This document shows positions 20,203 to 30,125 of a DNA stretch of 64,000 bases, one piece after another. Position 1 is the stretch's first letter. Every line of letters begins with the position of its first letter. Both the position numbers and the translations under genes were made by a program. The notes beneath the pieces are model-generated. The model saw only the letters and a list, made by a program, of their open reading frames with translations, was not told where the DNA came from and did not search any database. Origin of the DNA: an uncultured Alphaproteobacteria bacterium (GTDB taxonomy: Bacteria > Pseudomonadota > Alphaproteobacteria > Acetobacterales > Acetobacteraceae); NCBI GenBank assembly GCA_963754235.1, contig CAVWFK010000036.1:1-64000 (forward strand), read 5' to 3'.

Positions 20203-21024
20203 TTAGGGATTCGATTCTTTGTTATACCGCTCGAACATCGCGGCGGCGATTTCCGGGCTGCTCGGCCACTGGCCGCGCCGTTGCCCGGCATGGGTCTGAT
20301 AAGTGTCCAGCCGGTCGGGGTCGGGCTGCACCACCTTGCCCGCTTGCAGGAACAGCAAACCCGCCTTGTCGGTCGGCATCCGCGCAACAAAGGCGTCGGC
20401 GTCGTCAAGAACCTGCCGCAAGCGCGTCATGGTCGCGGCAGGGTCAACGGGCGGGTCGCTCGCCACGCGCCGGAAATCCGCTTCCGTGTAGCGGCCAAGG
20501 CGGCGAACCTCGTTGATAAGCCCCTCCGGCGTAAAGCCGAGCGACTTGCCGACGGCGGCCCACACCACGGCCCCAAGCGGCAGAACGCGGTCATGGATCG
20601 TCAGCAAGTCCACCACGTCGCGCGGCTCCCGCCGTCCGGCCGCGGCCATCACCTTGTTGGTGGCGAGGTCAACCGGATGCAGCACATAGCCGAATGCCTC
20701 GTCCGGCATCGTCGGGAAAAACCGGTAGTCGGCGTCAACCGCCCATTCCAGCTTCGTCGTCTCGCCGCCTTTTCGGGCAACGACCGCATACATCGCCGGC
20801 TCGCGCCGCAGCCATTGCAGTTCGAAGCCGTCGGCCTGCAATGTGGCGCCATCTTCCTGCACCGCGCGCGCCACCCGTTCCTCGCGGTCGTGGAAAACGT
20901 CGATGTCGCCGGAATAACGCGGCGCGTCCCGGTTCAAAGGAGTGCTGCCCGCGACATAGCTTTCCGGGTCGCGGTGCGCGGCGAGCAAGCGCAGGATATC
21001 CGATTGAATTCTAGTGAGGGGCAC
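20203..21024 (-). CDS. AbiEii/AbiGii-type (DUF1814) nucleotidyltransferase toxin-family protein
   Basis: '..YVAGSTPLNRDAPRYSGDIDVFHD..' NTase signature. GTG start overlapping the upstream small ORF. Confidence 0.6.
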   Translation of the reverse strand: MPLTRIQSDILRLLAAHRDPESYVAGSTPLNRDAPRYSGDIDVFHDREERVARAVQEDGATLQADGFELQWLRREPAMYAVVARKGGETTKLEWAVDADYRFFPTMPDEAFGYVLHPVDLATNKVMAAAGRREPRDVVDLLTIHDRVLPLGAVVWAAVGKSLGFTPEGLINEVRRLGRYTEADFRRVASDPPVDPAATMTRLRQVLDDADAFVARMPTDKAGLLFLQAGKVVQPDPDRLDTYQTHAGQRRGQWPSSPEIAAAMFERYNKESNP

Positions 21025-21226
21025 GGCACGCGTTCTCGATCTGCTCCGCCAGCCGCCGCGCCCGCAGGTCGCCTTCTACCCGCAGGCTGCGGGTAATCGC
21101 GAGCGCATCTGCGGGTGTCGGCTCGGGCACCGGACGGCTGCTCCATAAGGCGGTTGCCCCGAAATCCGCAAACGCCTGCCGGTAGAGCGTCGCAAAATCC
21201 TCCGCCTGTCCTGGTTCCTTGCTCAT
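21011..21226 (-). CDS. small hypothetical protein (71 aa), possible cognate antitoxin
   Basis: ATG with SD 'taAGGAcgccATG' behind an AT-rich promoter-like patch (21227-21300). 14-nt overlap with the NTase gene. Confidence 0.4.
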   Translation of the reverse strand: MSKEPGQAEDFATLYRQAFADFGATALWSSRPVPEPTPADALAITRSLRVEGDLRARRLAEQIENACRAPH

Positions 21227-21375
21227 GGCGTCCTTAATACCAACTCGCTGATGGAGCTGAAATAAATGGCTGTTCTTGCTTATCATGCAAGGGACGTCGG
21301 CGCTTCCGCCGTCAGGCCGGGAACGGTCGCGAGTCTGTGCCGCGCCTCGCGGATGCGCTTCCGCCGCGGCTCCCC

Positions 21376-21449
21376 GAGCGTCCTTCCCCACCCCTCGGCA
21401 CCCAGCCACGCTACCCGCCCGGCCGCGATCGTGGCGGCCACGCGCGGCG
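21376..21449. repeat. about 75-bp direct repeat, copy 1 (duplicate of the phnM-like 3' end)
   Basis: About 92% identical to 22226-22300. Still encodes '..PRVAATIAAGRVAWLGAEGWGRTL' out of any gene context. Confidence 0.6.
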
Positions 21450-21505
21450 CGTTCCAGCGAACACTGTCCAGGGACGAAGGCCACGCGCCTTTCCTTCTGC
21501 CCATG

Positions 21506-21913
21506 TCAGCTCGCCGCACGAAACGGATTGACGATGCGCAGCCGGCCATCGAGCGCCATCCCGTGCTGCATGTCTTCCGACCACAACGTGTCACAATCGG
21601 CATGGAGAGCGGAGGCCGCGATCATGGCGTCATAGACTGAGAGATTGTAGCGCTCGGCCAGCGCCAAGCCAGTTTCGTGCATCTCGACCGTAAGGGGGTG
21701 AACGGTCAGCAAGCCGCGCAAGATGGACAGCAACGAATGGGTATCCTGCCATGACATTCGCATCTTACGGCGGGCGACCTTGGCAAGCTCGTTCAACACC
21801 TGAACGCTGATCGCGCCGCCGCGGCCGATGATCGCCTCTGCCTGGTCCGCCTTCACCGCATCCCCGGACGCAATATAGATGAGGACATTGGTGTCGAAGA
21901 AGCTAGCGGGCAT
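21506..21913 (-). CDS. vapC: type II toxin VapC (PIN-domain ribonuclease)
   Basis: 'MPASFFDTNVLIYIASGD..' PIN motifs. Confidence 0.85.
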   Translation of the reverse strand: MPASFFDTNVLIYIASGDAVKADQAEAIIGRGGAISVQVLNELAKVARRKMRMSWQDTHSLLSILRGLLTVHPLTVEMHETGLALAERYNLSVYDAMIAASALHADCDTLWSEDMQHGMALDGRLRIVNPFRAAS

Positions 21914-22133
21914 TCGCCTCGTCCCGGTCGAACTTGAAATCGGGAGGAAGGCGGCCGCGGAACGCGCGTAGCCGTCTCAGCAATTCCGCACGGCCAGGTT
22001 TGCGCGCAACGGCCAGTTCCCGCGCGTCGGCGACGTGGATTTCGATCTCATCACCTTCCTTGAGTTCGAGCGCCTCGACCACGGCCGCAGGGAGGCGGAC
22101 GGCGAGGCTGTTACCCCATTTGGCGACCAGCAT
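21903..22133 (-). CDS. vapB: type II antitoxin VapB (AbrB/MazE/SpoVT fold)
   Basis: 'MLVAKWGNSLAVRLPAAVVEALELKEGDEIEI..'. 11-nt overlap with vapC. Confidence 0.8.
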   Translation of the reverse strand: MLVAKWGNSLAVRLPAAVVEALELKEGDEIEIHVADARELAVARKPGRAELLRRLRAFRGRLPPDFKFDRDEANAR

Positions 22134-22191
22134 CTTGATCTCCCGGTATGGATATACATGCGAAGAAATGTGTATCCAAGGGCGCGGCAAA

Positions 22192-23380
22192 TCAACGGAA
22201 AGGTGCTGCATTGCAGGCGGACCCGGCGAGCGTCCTTCCCCACCCCTCGGCGCCCAGCCACGCCACCCGCCCGGCCGCGATCGTGGCGACGAGGCGCGGC
22301 GTGGCCCCCCGCATCGGCGACCAGCAGCAGATCGGCGCGCTTGCCGGCCGCGATCGTGCCGCGATCGGCGAGCCCGCAGGCTGCCGCCGGATTGGCCGAA
22401 ACGAGCCGCCACGCCGCCGCCAGATCGCGCACGCCACGCGACGCCAGCACGAACGCCGCGCGCAGCATCGCCGGATAGAAATAGTCGCTGGAGAGCACGG
22501 TGCAGAGTCCGGCCTCGGCGAGCCGCGCCGCCGACGCCCAGCCGAGATGCGAGCGCCCGCGCACCACGTTGGGGCTGCCCATCACCACCCAGTCGCCCGC
22601 TTCGCGCGCGGCCTCGGCGACCGCCTCCGCCATCGGGAACTCGCAGATGCGCGCGCCGCGGGCGCGGAAGGCGGCGCGCGTCGCGATGCTTTCGTCGTCG
22701 TGGCTCGCCATCGGCAGCCCGGCCGCTCGCGCCGCCGCCGCGATCGCGTCGAGCCCGGCCGGAACGGCACCGGCACCCCTCTCCACCCTGGCCGCGAGCG
22801 CGCGGAACGCCTCAAGCGTCATGCCGGCGCGCTCGCCGTATTTCGCGCCCAACACCGGGTCGGCGATCCGGCGCAGGATCGTCGGCGTGTGGTCGTTGAA
22901 CGCCAGCAGATGCACGCGGCCGCCGGCAATGTCGGCGCGCGCCATGTCGAGTGCCGCGACGTTGAACGCCTCCCAGCGCAGATGGATGCGCATGTCGCAC
23001 ACGGCGCGTGCGCGGTGCGCCTCCATCGCGTCGAGCAGCGCGCGCCACGTCTCGGCACCACGCAGCCCGGGCTCCCAGGAGAGCGTGACACCGTGATAGG
23101 CGGTGGTGATGCCGTTCGCCAGCAGCTGCGCTTCGGTATCGGCCAGCGCGACGGACGGCGGAAAATCCACGCCCGGCCGCGGCTGCAATTGCCGCTCGAA
23201 CGCATCGCCGTGGATATCGACGATGCCGGGCAGCACCAGCAGGCCGCGCGCATCGATCGCGCAACCGGCCTCGGCACACCCGATGGCCGCGATCCGACCC
23301 TCGGCCAGCAGCAGATCGGCCGTTTCCCAATTCCCCTCGCCGAGCAGCAGGCGGCCGCCGATGACACCGAGCGGCGTCAC
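22192..23380 (-). CDS. phnM: PhnM-like amidohydrolase (second phnM copy), apparent -1 frameshift near a C6 run at about 22305-22310
   Basis: '..PGIVDIHGDAFERQ..GKRADLLLVADAGG' in one frame. The expected C-terminus '..PRLVATIAAGRVAWLGAEGW..*' is in another frame (ORF 22192..22437). GTG start overlaps the phnF stop. Confidence 0.7.
22226..22300. repeat. about 75-bp direct repeat, copy 2 (native phnM-like 3' end)
   Basis: See copy 1. The two copies bracket vapBC. Confidence 0.6.
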
Positions 23381-24120
23381 GGCTCGCACACGATCTGCAC
23401 GCGCGGCGTCGGATAGCGGGCCAGGCAGAACTCGATCACGCGCCCGTCGCGATCGACGTTGACGTTCTCGCACACCAGCAGCGGCCGCGAGCGCGGCATC
23501 CTCAGCAGCCGTACCTCCTCCGCATTCGGCAGCCGCGCGGTCACGCGCGTCACCTGGCGCAGATAGTCGGCAACTCCGACCCGCCGCAGGGCGGCGGTGA
23601 TCGAAGGCGTCTCGTGCAGCGCCGCCAGCAGCCCGGGCAGGCGGGCGGCGGGGAAATGGTGCGAACCGAGGCTGACCGGCCGCGCATCGGCAAAGCCGAG
23701 GCGCTCCATCAACACGACCCGCCCGCGCGCGCGCAGGCCGAGGGCGGACGCGACCTCGCGCTCGGCCGGCACTTCGGCAAGCCGCAGCACCTGGCCCGAG
23801 GGTTCCTTGTTGTGGCGGCGGATCCATTCCGAGAAGCGCGTGCGGGGCGAGACGTTGTACTCGAGCACGTCTTCGGCCACGAAAGCGCCGCGGCCCTGCT
23901 CGACCCGCACCAGGCCGCCGCGCGACAGCTCTTCCATCGCCCGGCGCACGGTATGGCGATTGACGCCGAAGCGAGAAGCGAGCTGCGCCTCGGTGGGCAG
24001 CCGCGCGCCGGGCGCCGCGCCGCCCGTGATCTCGCGCCCCAGCGTCTCGGTAATGCGCCGCCACACGGCGACCCCGCGCGCCGTGCCGAGCGCCGGTTCG
24101 GGGATTGGAATGTCACTCAA
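23377..24120 (-). CDS. phnF: phosphonate metabolism transcriptional regulator PhnF (GntR/UTRA)
   Basis: '..EAQLASRFGVNRHTVRRAMEEL..' HTH plus UTRA domain. TTG start. Confidence 0.85.
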   Translation of the reverse strand: MSDIPIPEPALGTARGVAVWRRITETLGREITGGAAPGARLPTEAQLASRFGVNRHTVRRAMEELSRGGLVRVEQGRGAFVAEDVLEYNVSPRTRFSEWIRRHNKEPSGQVLRLAEVPAEREVASALGLRARGRVVLMERLGFADARPVSLGSHHFPAARLPGLLAALHETPSITAALRRVGVADYLRQVTRVTARLPNAEEVRLLRMPRSRPLLVCENVNVDRDGRVIEFCLARYPTPRVQIVCEP

Positions 24121-24154
24121 GGAACGTGGCCATTATTGGCATTGCAGCAATACC

Positions 24155-24283
24155 GTCATGGTCGGCGAAGGCCGACCATCCACGTCTTTCGTGACGCGGC
24201 AAAGTCGTGGATGCTCGGCCGGAGCCTGTCCTCGGGCGGGCCTTCGGCCCGACCCGGGGGCCGAGCATGACGGGCTGGTTAGA
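24155..24283. repeat. MITE/REP-like element copy B (long form) in the phnF/phnG divergent region
   Basis: Near-identical to copy A. Confidence 0.6.
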
Positions 24284-24342
24284 GCGATCGCTCCGGGCAT
24301 TGCGACTTGACGCTTAACGGAGAGGCGTCTAGCTGTCTAGAC

Positions 24343-24810
24343 ATGTCGGACGAGCCCGCAACGACAAACGAAATCGCCGCGCGGCAGCGCTGGATGGCGG
24401 TGCTGGCCCGCGCTTCCGCCGCCGAGATCGAGCGATTGCTGGCCGGCGCCCCTGCCCTCTCCGCGCACACCCGCCTGCGCGGGCCGGAAACCGGGCTCGT
24501 GATGCTGCGCGGCCGCGCCGGCGGCAGCGGGGCCGCGTTCAATCTGGGCGAGACGACCGTCACGCGATGCAGCGTGCGCAACGCCGAGGGCCGCGTCGGC
24601 CATGCCACGATCGCCGGCCGCGACCTGCGCGCCGCCGAGCTCGCGGCGGCGCTGGACGCGGCGCTGCAAGATGCCGCGCGGCGAGCGGTGCTGGAGGCGG
24701 CGGTGCTCGCACCCCTCGCGGCGGCGCAGGCAGCGCGGCGCGCGGCGCAGGCACGGCGCGCGGCGGCGACGCGGGTGCAGTTCTTCACGCTCGCGACGAT
24801 GCGCGCATGA
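24343..24810 (+). CDS. phnG: C-P lyase subunit PhnG
   Basis: 'MSDEPATTNEIAARQRWMAVLA..'. Confidence 0.85.
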   Translation: MSDEPATTNEIAARQRWMAVLARASAAEIERLLAGAPALSAHTRLRGPETGLVMLRGRAGGSGAAFNLGETTVTRCSVRNAEGRVGHATIAGRDLRAAELAAALDAALQDAARRAVLEAAVLAPLAAAQAARRAAQARRAAATRVQFFTLATMRA

Positions 24811-25382
24811 GCCTCGAACAGCCGGGCTTCGCCGATCCGGTCGCGGGCGCGCAATCCTGCTTCCGCGCGGTGCTCGACGCGATGGCGCGTCCGGGCCGCG
24901 TGCAGGCGGCGGGCGCCGGCCTTACCCCGCCCGCGCCGCTCGATCCGGCGACCGCCGCGGTGCTGCTGACGCTCGTGGACCCCGAGACGCCGCTCTCTCT
25001 GCCCGCCGCGGCGGCACCGGCGGCCGAGTGGATTGCTTTCCACTGCGGGGCGCCGGTCGTGCCGCGCATCGCCGAGGCGAGCTTCGTGCTCCGCTTCGAT
25101 CTGCCTGATTTCGCAACCTTGCAGGTAGGCACTCACGAGATGCCGGAACGCGGCGCCACGCTGATCCTGCAACTGCCGGCCCTCGGCAGCGGCGCCGCGC
25201 TCCACCTCGCCGGTCCCGGCCTCGCCGCCCCGGCACTCCTGCGCGCGACCGGCCTGCCCGGGGATTTCGCGGCGCGCTGGGCCGCCAACCACGCGCGGTT
25301 TCCGTGCGGCGTCGATCTCATCTTGTGCAGCGGCACCATGCTTGCCGCCCTGCCGCGCAGCGTCACGGTGGCGGCGGTCTGA
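24807..25382 (+). CDS. phnH: C-P lyase subunit PhnH
   Basis: 'MSLEQPGFADPVAGAQSCFRAVLDAMARPG..'. ATGA overlap. Confidence 0.85.
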   Translation: MSLEQPGFADPVAGAQSCFRAVLDAMARPGRVQAAGAGLTPPAPLDPATAAVLLTLVDPETPLSLPAAAAPAAEWIAFHCGAPVVPRIAEASFVLRFDLPDFATLQVGTHEMPERGATLILQLPALGSGAALHLAGPGLAAPALLRATGLPGDFAARWAANHARFPCGVDLILCSGTMLAALPRSVTVAAV

Positions 25383-26485
25383 TGGCCTATGTCGCGGTCA
25401 AGGGCGGCGAGCGCGCGATCGAGGCCGCCCACGCCTGGCTCGCCGAGGAGCGGCGCGGCGATCCCGAATTGCCGGATGTGTCCACCGGGCAGATCGCCGA
25501 GCAGCTTGGCCGCGCGGTTGATCGGGTGATGGCGGAGGGATCGCTGTACGATCCCGGCCTCGCGGCACTCGCGATCAAGCAGGCGCAGGGCGATCTGATC
25601 GAGGCCGCGTTCCTGCTGCGCGCCTACCGCACCACGCTGCCGCGCTTCGGCGCCTCCGAGCCGGTGCGCACCGAGGCGATGGCGGTGCGCCGGCGCATCT
25701 CGGCGGTGTTCAAGGACCTGCCCGGCGGCCAGGTGCTCGGACCGACGACCGACTACACGCACCGGCTGCTCGATTTCGCGCTCGCGGCCGGCTCGACGCC
25801 GCCTGCCCCGCCTCAAGCTGTCGCGCCTCAAGCAATCGCCGAGGATGCACCGGCGCCGCGCGTCACCGACATCCTGGGCGGCGAAGGGCTGATCGAAGCG
25901 GACCCGGCAGGCGACGACATGCCCCCCGGCGACCTCACCCGCGACCCGCTGGCCTTCCCCGCGTCGCGCGATCTGCGCTTGCAGGCGCTCGCGCGCGGCG
26001 ACGAGGGATTCCTGCTCGGCCTCGGCTATTCGACTCAGCGCGGCTATGGCAACGCGCACCCGTTCGCGGGCGAGATCCGGATGGGCGAGGTAGCGGTCGA
26101 GATCGTGCCGCCCGAGCTCGGATTTCCGGTGGAGATCGGCACCGTTACGATCACGGAATGCCAGGTGGTGAACCAGTTTCGCGGCTCGAAAACTGTGCCG
26201 CCGCAATTCACCCGCGGCTACGGCCTCGCCTTCGGCCATGCCGACCGGCGCGCGATGGCGATGGCGCTGGTGGATCGCGCGCTGCGCGCCGCGGAGCTGG
26301 GCGAGGACGTGACGGCACCCGCGCAGAGGCAGGAATTCGTGCTGTCGCACTGCGATAACGTAGAAGCGACCGGCTTCGTCGAGCATCTCAAGCTGCCGCA
26401 CTACGTCGATTTCCAGAGCGAGCTGGAGACGATCCGGCGGCTGCGCCGTGACGCCGAGACCGCGATGCCGAAGGCCGCCGAATGA
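25382..26485 (+). CDS. phnI: C-P lyase subunit PhnI
   Basis: 'MAYVAVKGGERAIEAAH..'. Confidence 0.9.
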   Translation: MAYVAVKGGERAIEAAHAWLAEERRGDPELPDVSTGQIAEQLGRAVDRVMAEGSLYDPGLAALAIKQAQGDLIEAAFLLRAYRTTLPRFGASEPVRTEAMAVRRRISAVFKDLPGGQVLGPTTDYTHRLLDFALAAGSTPPAPPQAVAPQAIAEDAPAPRVTDILGGEGLIEADPAGDDMPPGDLTRDPLAFPASRDLRLQALARGDEGFLLGLGYSTQRGYGNAHPFAGEIRMGEVAVEIVPPELGFPVEIGTVTITECQVVNQFRGSKTVPPQFTRGYGLAFGHADRRAMAMALVDRALRAAELGEDVTAPAQRQEFVLSHCDNVEATGFVEHLKLPHYVDFQSELETIRRLRRDAETAMPKAAE

Positions 26486-27321
26486 TGCAGGGCTACAACT
26501 TCGCCTATCTCGACGAGCAGACGAAACGCATGGTGCGCCGCGCGATCCTCAAGGCGGTCGCGGTGCCGGGGCATCAGGTGCCGTTCGGCTCACGCGAGAT
26601 GCCGCTGCCCTATGGCTGGGGAACCGGGGGGATCCAGGTGACGGCCGCGATCCTGGGTGCCTCGGACGTGCTCAAGGTGATCGACCAGGGTGCCGACGAC
26701 ACCACCAACGCGGTCTCGATCCGCCGCTTCTTCGCCCGCACCGCGGGCATCGCCACCACCACGCACACGGCCGATGCGAGCATCATCCAGACCCGCCACC
26801 GCATCCCGGAGGCTAGGCTGCGCGAGGATCAGATCATCGTCTATCAGGTGCCGCAGCCCGAGCCGCTGTACCGGCTCGAGCCGCGCCGCGCCGAAGCCAC
26901 GCGGATGCACGCGCTCGCCGATTACGGCCTGATGCACGTCAAGCTGTACGAGGATGTGTCCCGACTGGGCCAGGTCTCGATCAGCTACGATTATCCGGTG
27001 ATGGTCGCGGGACGCTATCTGGCGTCGCCCTCGCCGATCCCGGCCTTCGACAATCCGAAGATGCACAGGATGCCGGCGGTGCAATTGTTCGGCGCCGGGC
27101 GGGAGAAGCGCATCTATGCGATCCCGCCCTATACCGAGGTCCGCTCGCTCGATTTCGAGGACCATCCGTTCCGGCCCACCCGCGCGCCGCACGCCTGCGC
27201 GTTGTGCGGAGCGGCCGACAGCTATCTCGACGAGGTGGTGACGGATGATCGCGGCGGACGGATGTTCGTCTGCTCCGACACCGATCATTGCGAGCAGCGG
27301 CGCGGGGCGGCGGCGGCGTGA
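26482..27321 (+). CDS. phnJ: C-P lyase catalytic subunit PhnJ
   Basis: 'MMQGYNFAYLDEQTKRM..' with a Cys cluster 'CALCGAADSYLDEV..CSDTDHC'. Confidence 0.9.
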   Translation: MMQGYNFAYLDEQTKRMVRRAILKAVAVPGHQVPFGSREMPLPYGWGTGGIQVTAAILGASDVLKVIDQGADDTTNAVSIRRFFARTAGIATTTHTADASIIQTRHRIPEARLREDQIIVYQVPQPEPLYRLEPRRAEATRMHALADYGLMHVKLYEDVSRLGQVSISYDYPVMVAGRYLASPSPIPAFDNPKMHRMPAVQLFGAGREKRIYAIPPYTEVRSLDFEDHPFRPTRAPHACALCGAADSYLDEVVTDDRGGRMFVCSDTDHCEQRRGAAAA

Positions 27322-28091
27322 CCGCGCCCCTGCTCGAAGCCGAGCACCTCTCGCTCGCATTCGGCGCGGTGCAGGCGCTCGCTTGCGTCGATGCCGCGCT
27401 GTGGCCGGGCGAGGTGCTGGCGATCGTGGGCGAATCCGGCTCCGGCAAGACCACGCTGCTCAACGTGCTGTCCGGCCACCTCGCACCCGATCAGGGCCGG
27501 GTGTGGTATCGCGATCCCGCCGGGCTGCGGCACGACGTCCATGCGATGCCGGCCCCTGCGCTGCGCACGCTGCACCGCTCCGACTGGGGGTTCGTGCAGC
27601 AGGACCCGAAGCTGAGTTTGCGCATGGGCGTCTCCGCCGGCGGTAATGTCGGCGAGCGGCTGATGGCGCAGGGTGCCCGCCACTACGGCCGGATTCGCGA
27701 AGCGGCACTCGACTGGCTGCGGCAGGTGGAGATCGACGCCGATCGCATCGACGACCTGCCGCGCACCTTCTCGGGTGGAATGCTGCAACGCTTGCAGATC
27801 GCGCGCACCCTGGTCACGCATCCGCGGCTGGTGTTCATGGACGAACCGACCGGCGGCCTGGACGTGTCGGTGCAGGCGCGGCTGCTCGACCTGATCCGCA
27901 CCTTGGTGGCGCGATTGCAGGTCGCGGTGATGCTGGTGACGCACGATGTCGCCGTCGCCCGCCTGCTCGCCGGGCGGATCATGGTGATGCAGCGCGGCCG
28001 AGTGGTCGAAACCGGGCTCACCGACCAGGTGCTCGACGACCCGCAGCACGAATACACGCAACTGCTGGTAAGCTCGGTGCTGGCGGCATGA
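27318..28091 (+). CDS. phnK: phosphonate C-P lyase ATP-binding protein PhnK
   Basis: Walker A 'GESGSGKTT'. GTGA overlap. Confidence 0.9.
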   Translation: MTAPLLEAEHLSLAFGAVQALACVDAALWPGEVLAIVGESGSGKTTLLNVLSGHLAPDQGRVWYRDPAGLRHDVHAMPAPALRTLHRSDWGFVQQDPKLSLRMGVSAGGNVGERLMAQGARHYGRIREAALDWLRQVEIDADRIDDLPRTFSGGMLQRLQIARTLVTHPRLVFMDEPTGGLDVSVQARLLDLIRTLVARLQVAVMLVTHDVAVARLLAGRIMVMQRGRVVETGLTDQVLDDPQHEYTQLLVSSVLAA

Positions 28092-28117
28092 CCACGCACC
28101 CCTCATGGCCGGCGAAT

Positions 28118-28278
28118 GCCGGATCGTCGTCATGCTCGGCGAAGGCCGCACACTCGTCATGCTCGGCGGAGGCCGAGCATCCACGACTTTGCGGGCCCAC
28201 GAAAGGCGTGGATGGTCGGCCGGAGCCTGTCCTCGGGCGGGCCTTCGGCCCGACCCGGGGGCCGACCATGACGGTGAG
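28118..28278. repeat. MITE/REP-like element copy C (expanded form) between phnK and phnL
   Basis: 'GTCATGCTCGGCGAAGGCCG..' with an internal duplication. Sits in the only sizeable intergenic gap of the phnG-M operon. Confidence 0.6.
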
Positions 28279-28287
28279 AATTGCGGC

Positions 28288-28989
28288 ATGACCACGCTGA
28301 TGCTGCGCGCCGAGGCGCTGGAGAAAACCTTCACCCTGCACCTGCGCGGCGGCCTCCGCCTGCCGGTGCTGCGCGACCTCGCACTCGACGTCCGTGCCGG
28401 CGAATGCGTCGCCCTGGCCGGGCCGTCGGGCGCGGGCAAGACCACGCTGCTGCGCAGCCTCTATGGCAATTACCGCGCCGGCGGCGGCCGCATCCTGGTG
28501 CGCCATCGCGGCGAGATGGTCGATATCGCGCGCGCCGATCCGCGCACCGTGCTCGCGGTCCGCGCCGAGACGCTCGGCCATGTCAGCCAGTTCCTGCGCG
28601 TGGTGCCGCGCGTGGCCGCCCTCGACATCGTGGCCGAGGCGGCGTTGGCGCGCGGTGCCGCACCGGAAGCGGCGCGGGAGCAGGCACGGGCGCTGCTCGC
28701 GCGCCTCGGCATCCCGCCGCGTCTGCACGCCCTGCCGCCCGCGACCTTCTCCGGCGGCGAGCAGCAGCGCATCAACCTCGCCCGCGCCTTCATCGCCCGC
28801 CATCCGGTGCTGCTGATCGACGAGCCGACCGCCTCGCTCGACGACGCCCGCCGCGACGTCGCGGTGGCGATGATGCGCGAGGCCAAGGCGGCAGGTGCCG
28901 CGATCGTGCTGATCGCGCACGACGTTGCGGTGCGCGACGCGATCGCCGATCGTCTGCTGACGCTGACGCCGTTGCAGGATGCCGCATGA
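28288..28989 (+). CDS. phnL: phosphonate C-P lyase ATP-binding protein PhnL
   Basis: 'MTTLMLRAEAL..GPSGAGKTTLL'. Confidence 0.9.
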   Translation: MTTLMLRAEALEKTFTLHLRGGLRLPVLRDLALDVRAGECVALAGPSGAGKTTLLRSLYGNYRAGGGRILVRHRGEMVDIARADPRTVLAVRAETLGHVSQFLRVVPRVAALDIVAEAALARGAAPEAAREQARALLARLGIPPRLHALPPATFSGGEQQRINLARAFIARHPVLLIDEPTASLDDARRDVAVAMMREAKAAGAAIVLIAHDVAVRDAIADRLLTLTPLQDAA

Positions 28990-30125
28990 CCGTCGAGACC
29001 GTGCTGACCAACGCAATCCTGGTGCTGCCGCAGGAGACCATGCCCGGCACGCTGAAACTGTGCCGCGGCCGTATCGCCGCCGTCGATGCCGGGCGCAGCG
29101 CCGTCCCCGCCGCCATCGACCTCGAAGGCGACATGCTGATCCCCGGCGCGGTCGATCTGCATTCCGACAACCTCGAACGCCAGGTGCATCCGCGCAGCAG
29201 CGCGCGCTGGCCCTCGCGCGAGGCGATGATCGCGCACGACGCGCAATGCGCGGCCGCCGGCGTGACCACCGTGCTGGACGCGCTCTGCGTCGGCGACCTC
29301 GGCTACGAGAAGGATCGCAACCGCACCTTCCAGGAAGGTGTCGCCGATCTCGACGCGCTCGAGGGCACCGGCCTGCTGCGCATCGAGCACTTTTTGCACC
29401 TGCGCTGCGAGATCCCCGCCCCCGACACGCTCGACCTCCTTGAGCCCGCGTCCGGCCATGCGCGCGTGCGGATGGCCAGCCTGATGGACCACAGCCCGGG
29501 CGTGGGGCAGAACGCCGACCTCGACCGCTATCGCGCGCTGCGCCGGCGCGATGGCGAGGACGATTCCAGGATCGAGCGCCGCATTGTCGAGATGCTCGAT
29601 CGCCGCGCCGTGCTGCGCGATCCCAATCGCCGCGCGCTCTTGGATCGGCTGCGGCGCGTGGGCGTGGCACTTGCCAGCCACGACGACCGCACCGAGGCGG
29701 AGGTGGAGGAGAATTATCGCGACGGCATCGCGATCAGCGAGTTCCCGGTGACGATCGCGGCCGCGCGCGCGGCGCGGGCACGCGGCATGGCGGTGATCGC
29801 GGGCGCGCCCAATCTGGTGCGCGGCGGCTCGCATTCCGGCAACGTCGCGGTCGTCGATCTGCTGCGCGCGGGGCTGGTTGATGCGCTCGCCTCGGACTAC
29901 GTGCCGGGCAGCCTGATCTCGGCCGCCTTCCGCGCCGCCGCCCTCGGCCTGCTGCCGCTGCCGCAGGCGGTGGCCCTGGTCAGCCTGCGTCCCGCGCGCC
30001 TCGCCGGCCTCGCCGACCGTGGTGCGATCGCACCCGGTCTCGCCGCCGATCTGGTGCGGCTCCGGGTCCATGACGGCATCCCGGTCGCGCGAGAGACCTG
30101 GCGGGCGGGCGCGCGCGTCGCGTGA
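28986..30125 (+). CDS. phnM: alpha-D-ribose 1-methylphosphonate 5-triphosphate diphosphatase PhnM
   Basis: '..PGAVDLHSDNLERQ..ASHDD..' amidohydrolase. ATGA overlap with phnL. Confidence 0.9.
   Translation: MTVETVLTNAILVLPQETMPGTLKLCRGRIAAVDAGRSAVPAAIDLEGDMLIPGAVDLHSDNLERQVHPRSSARWPSREAMIAHDAQCAAAGVTTVLDALCVGDLGYEKDRNRTFQEGVADLDALEGTGLLRIEHFLHLRCEIPAPDTLDLLEPASGHARVRMASLMDHSPGVGQNADLDRYRALRRRDGEDDSRIERRIVEMLDRRAVLRDPNRRALLDRLRRVGVALASHDDRTEAEVEENYRDGIAISEFPVTIAAARAARARGMAVIAGAPNLVRGGSHSGNVAVVDLLRAGLVDALASDYVPGSLISAAFRAAALGLLPLPQAVALVSLRPARLAGLADRGAIAPGLAADLVRLRVHDGIPVARETWRAGARVA

Noticed and set aside
22192-22437. 81-aa minus ORF 'MACAIWRRRGG...'
   Set aside because: Only its last 40 or so codons are meaningful, as the displaced C-terminus of the frameshifted phnM-like gene. 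It is not an independent gene.
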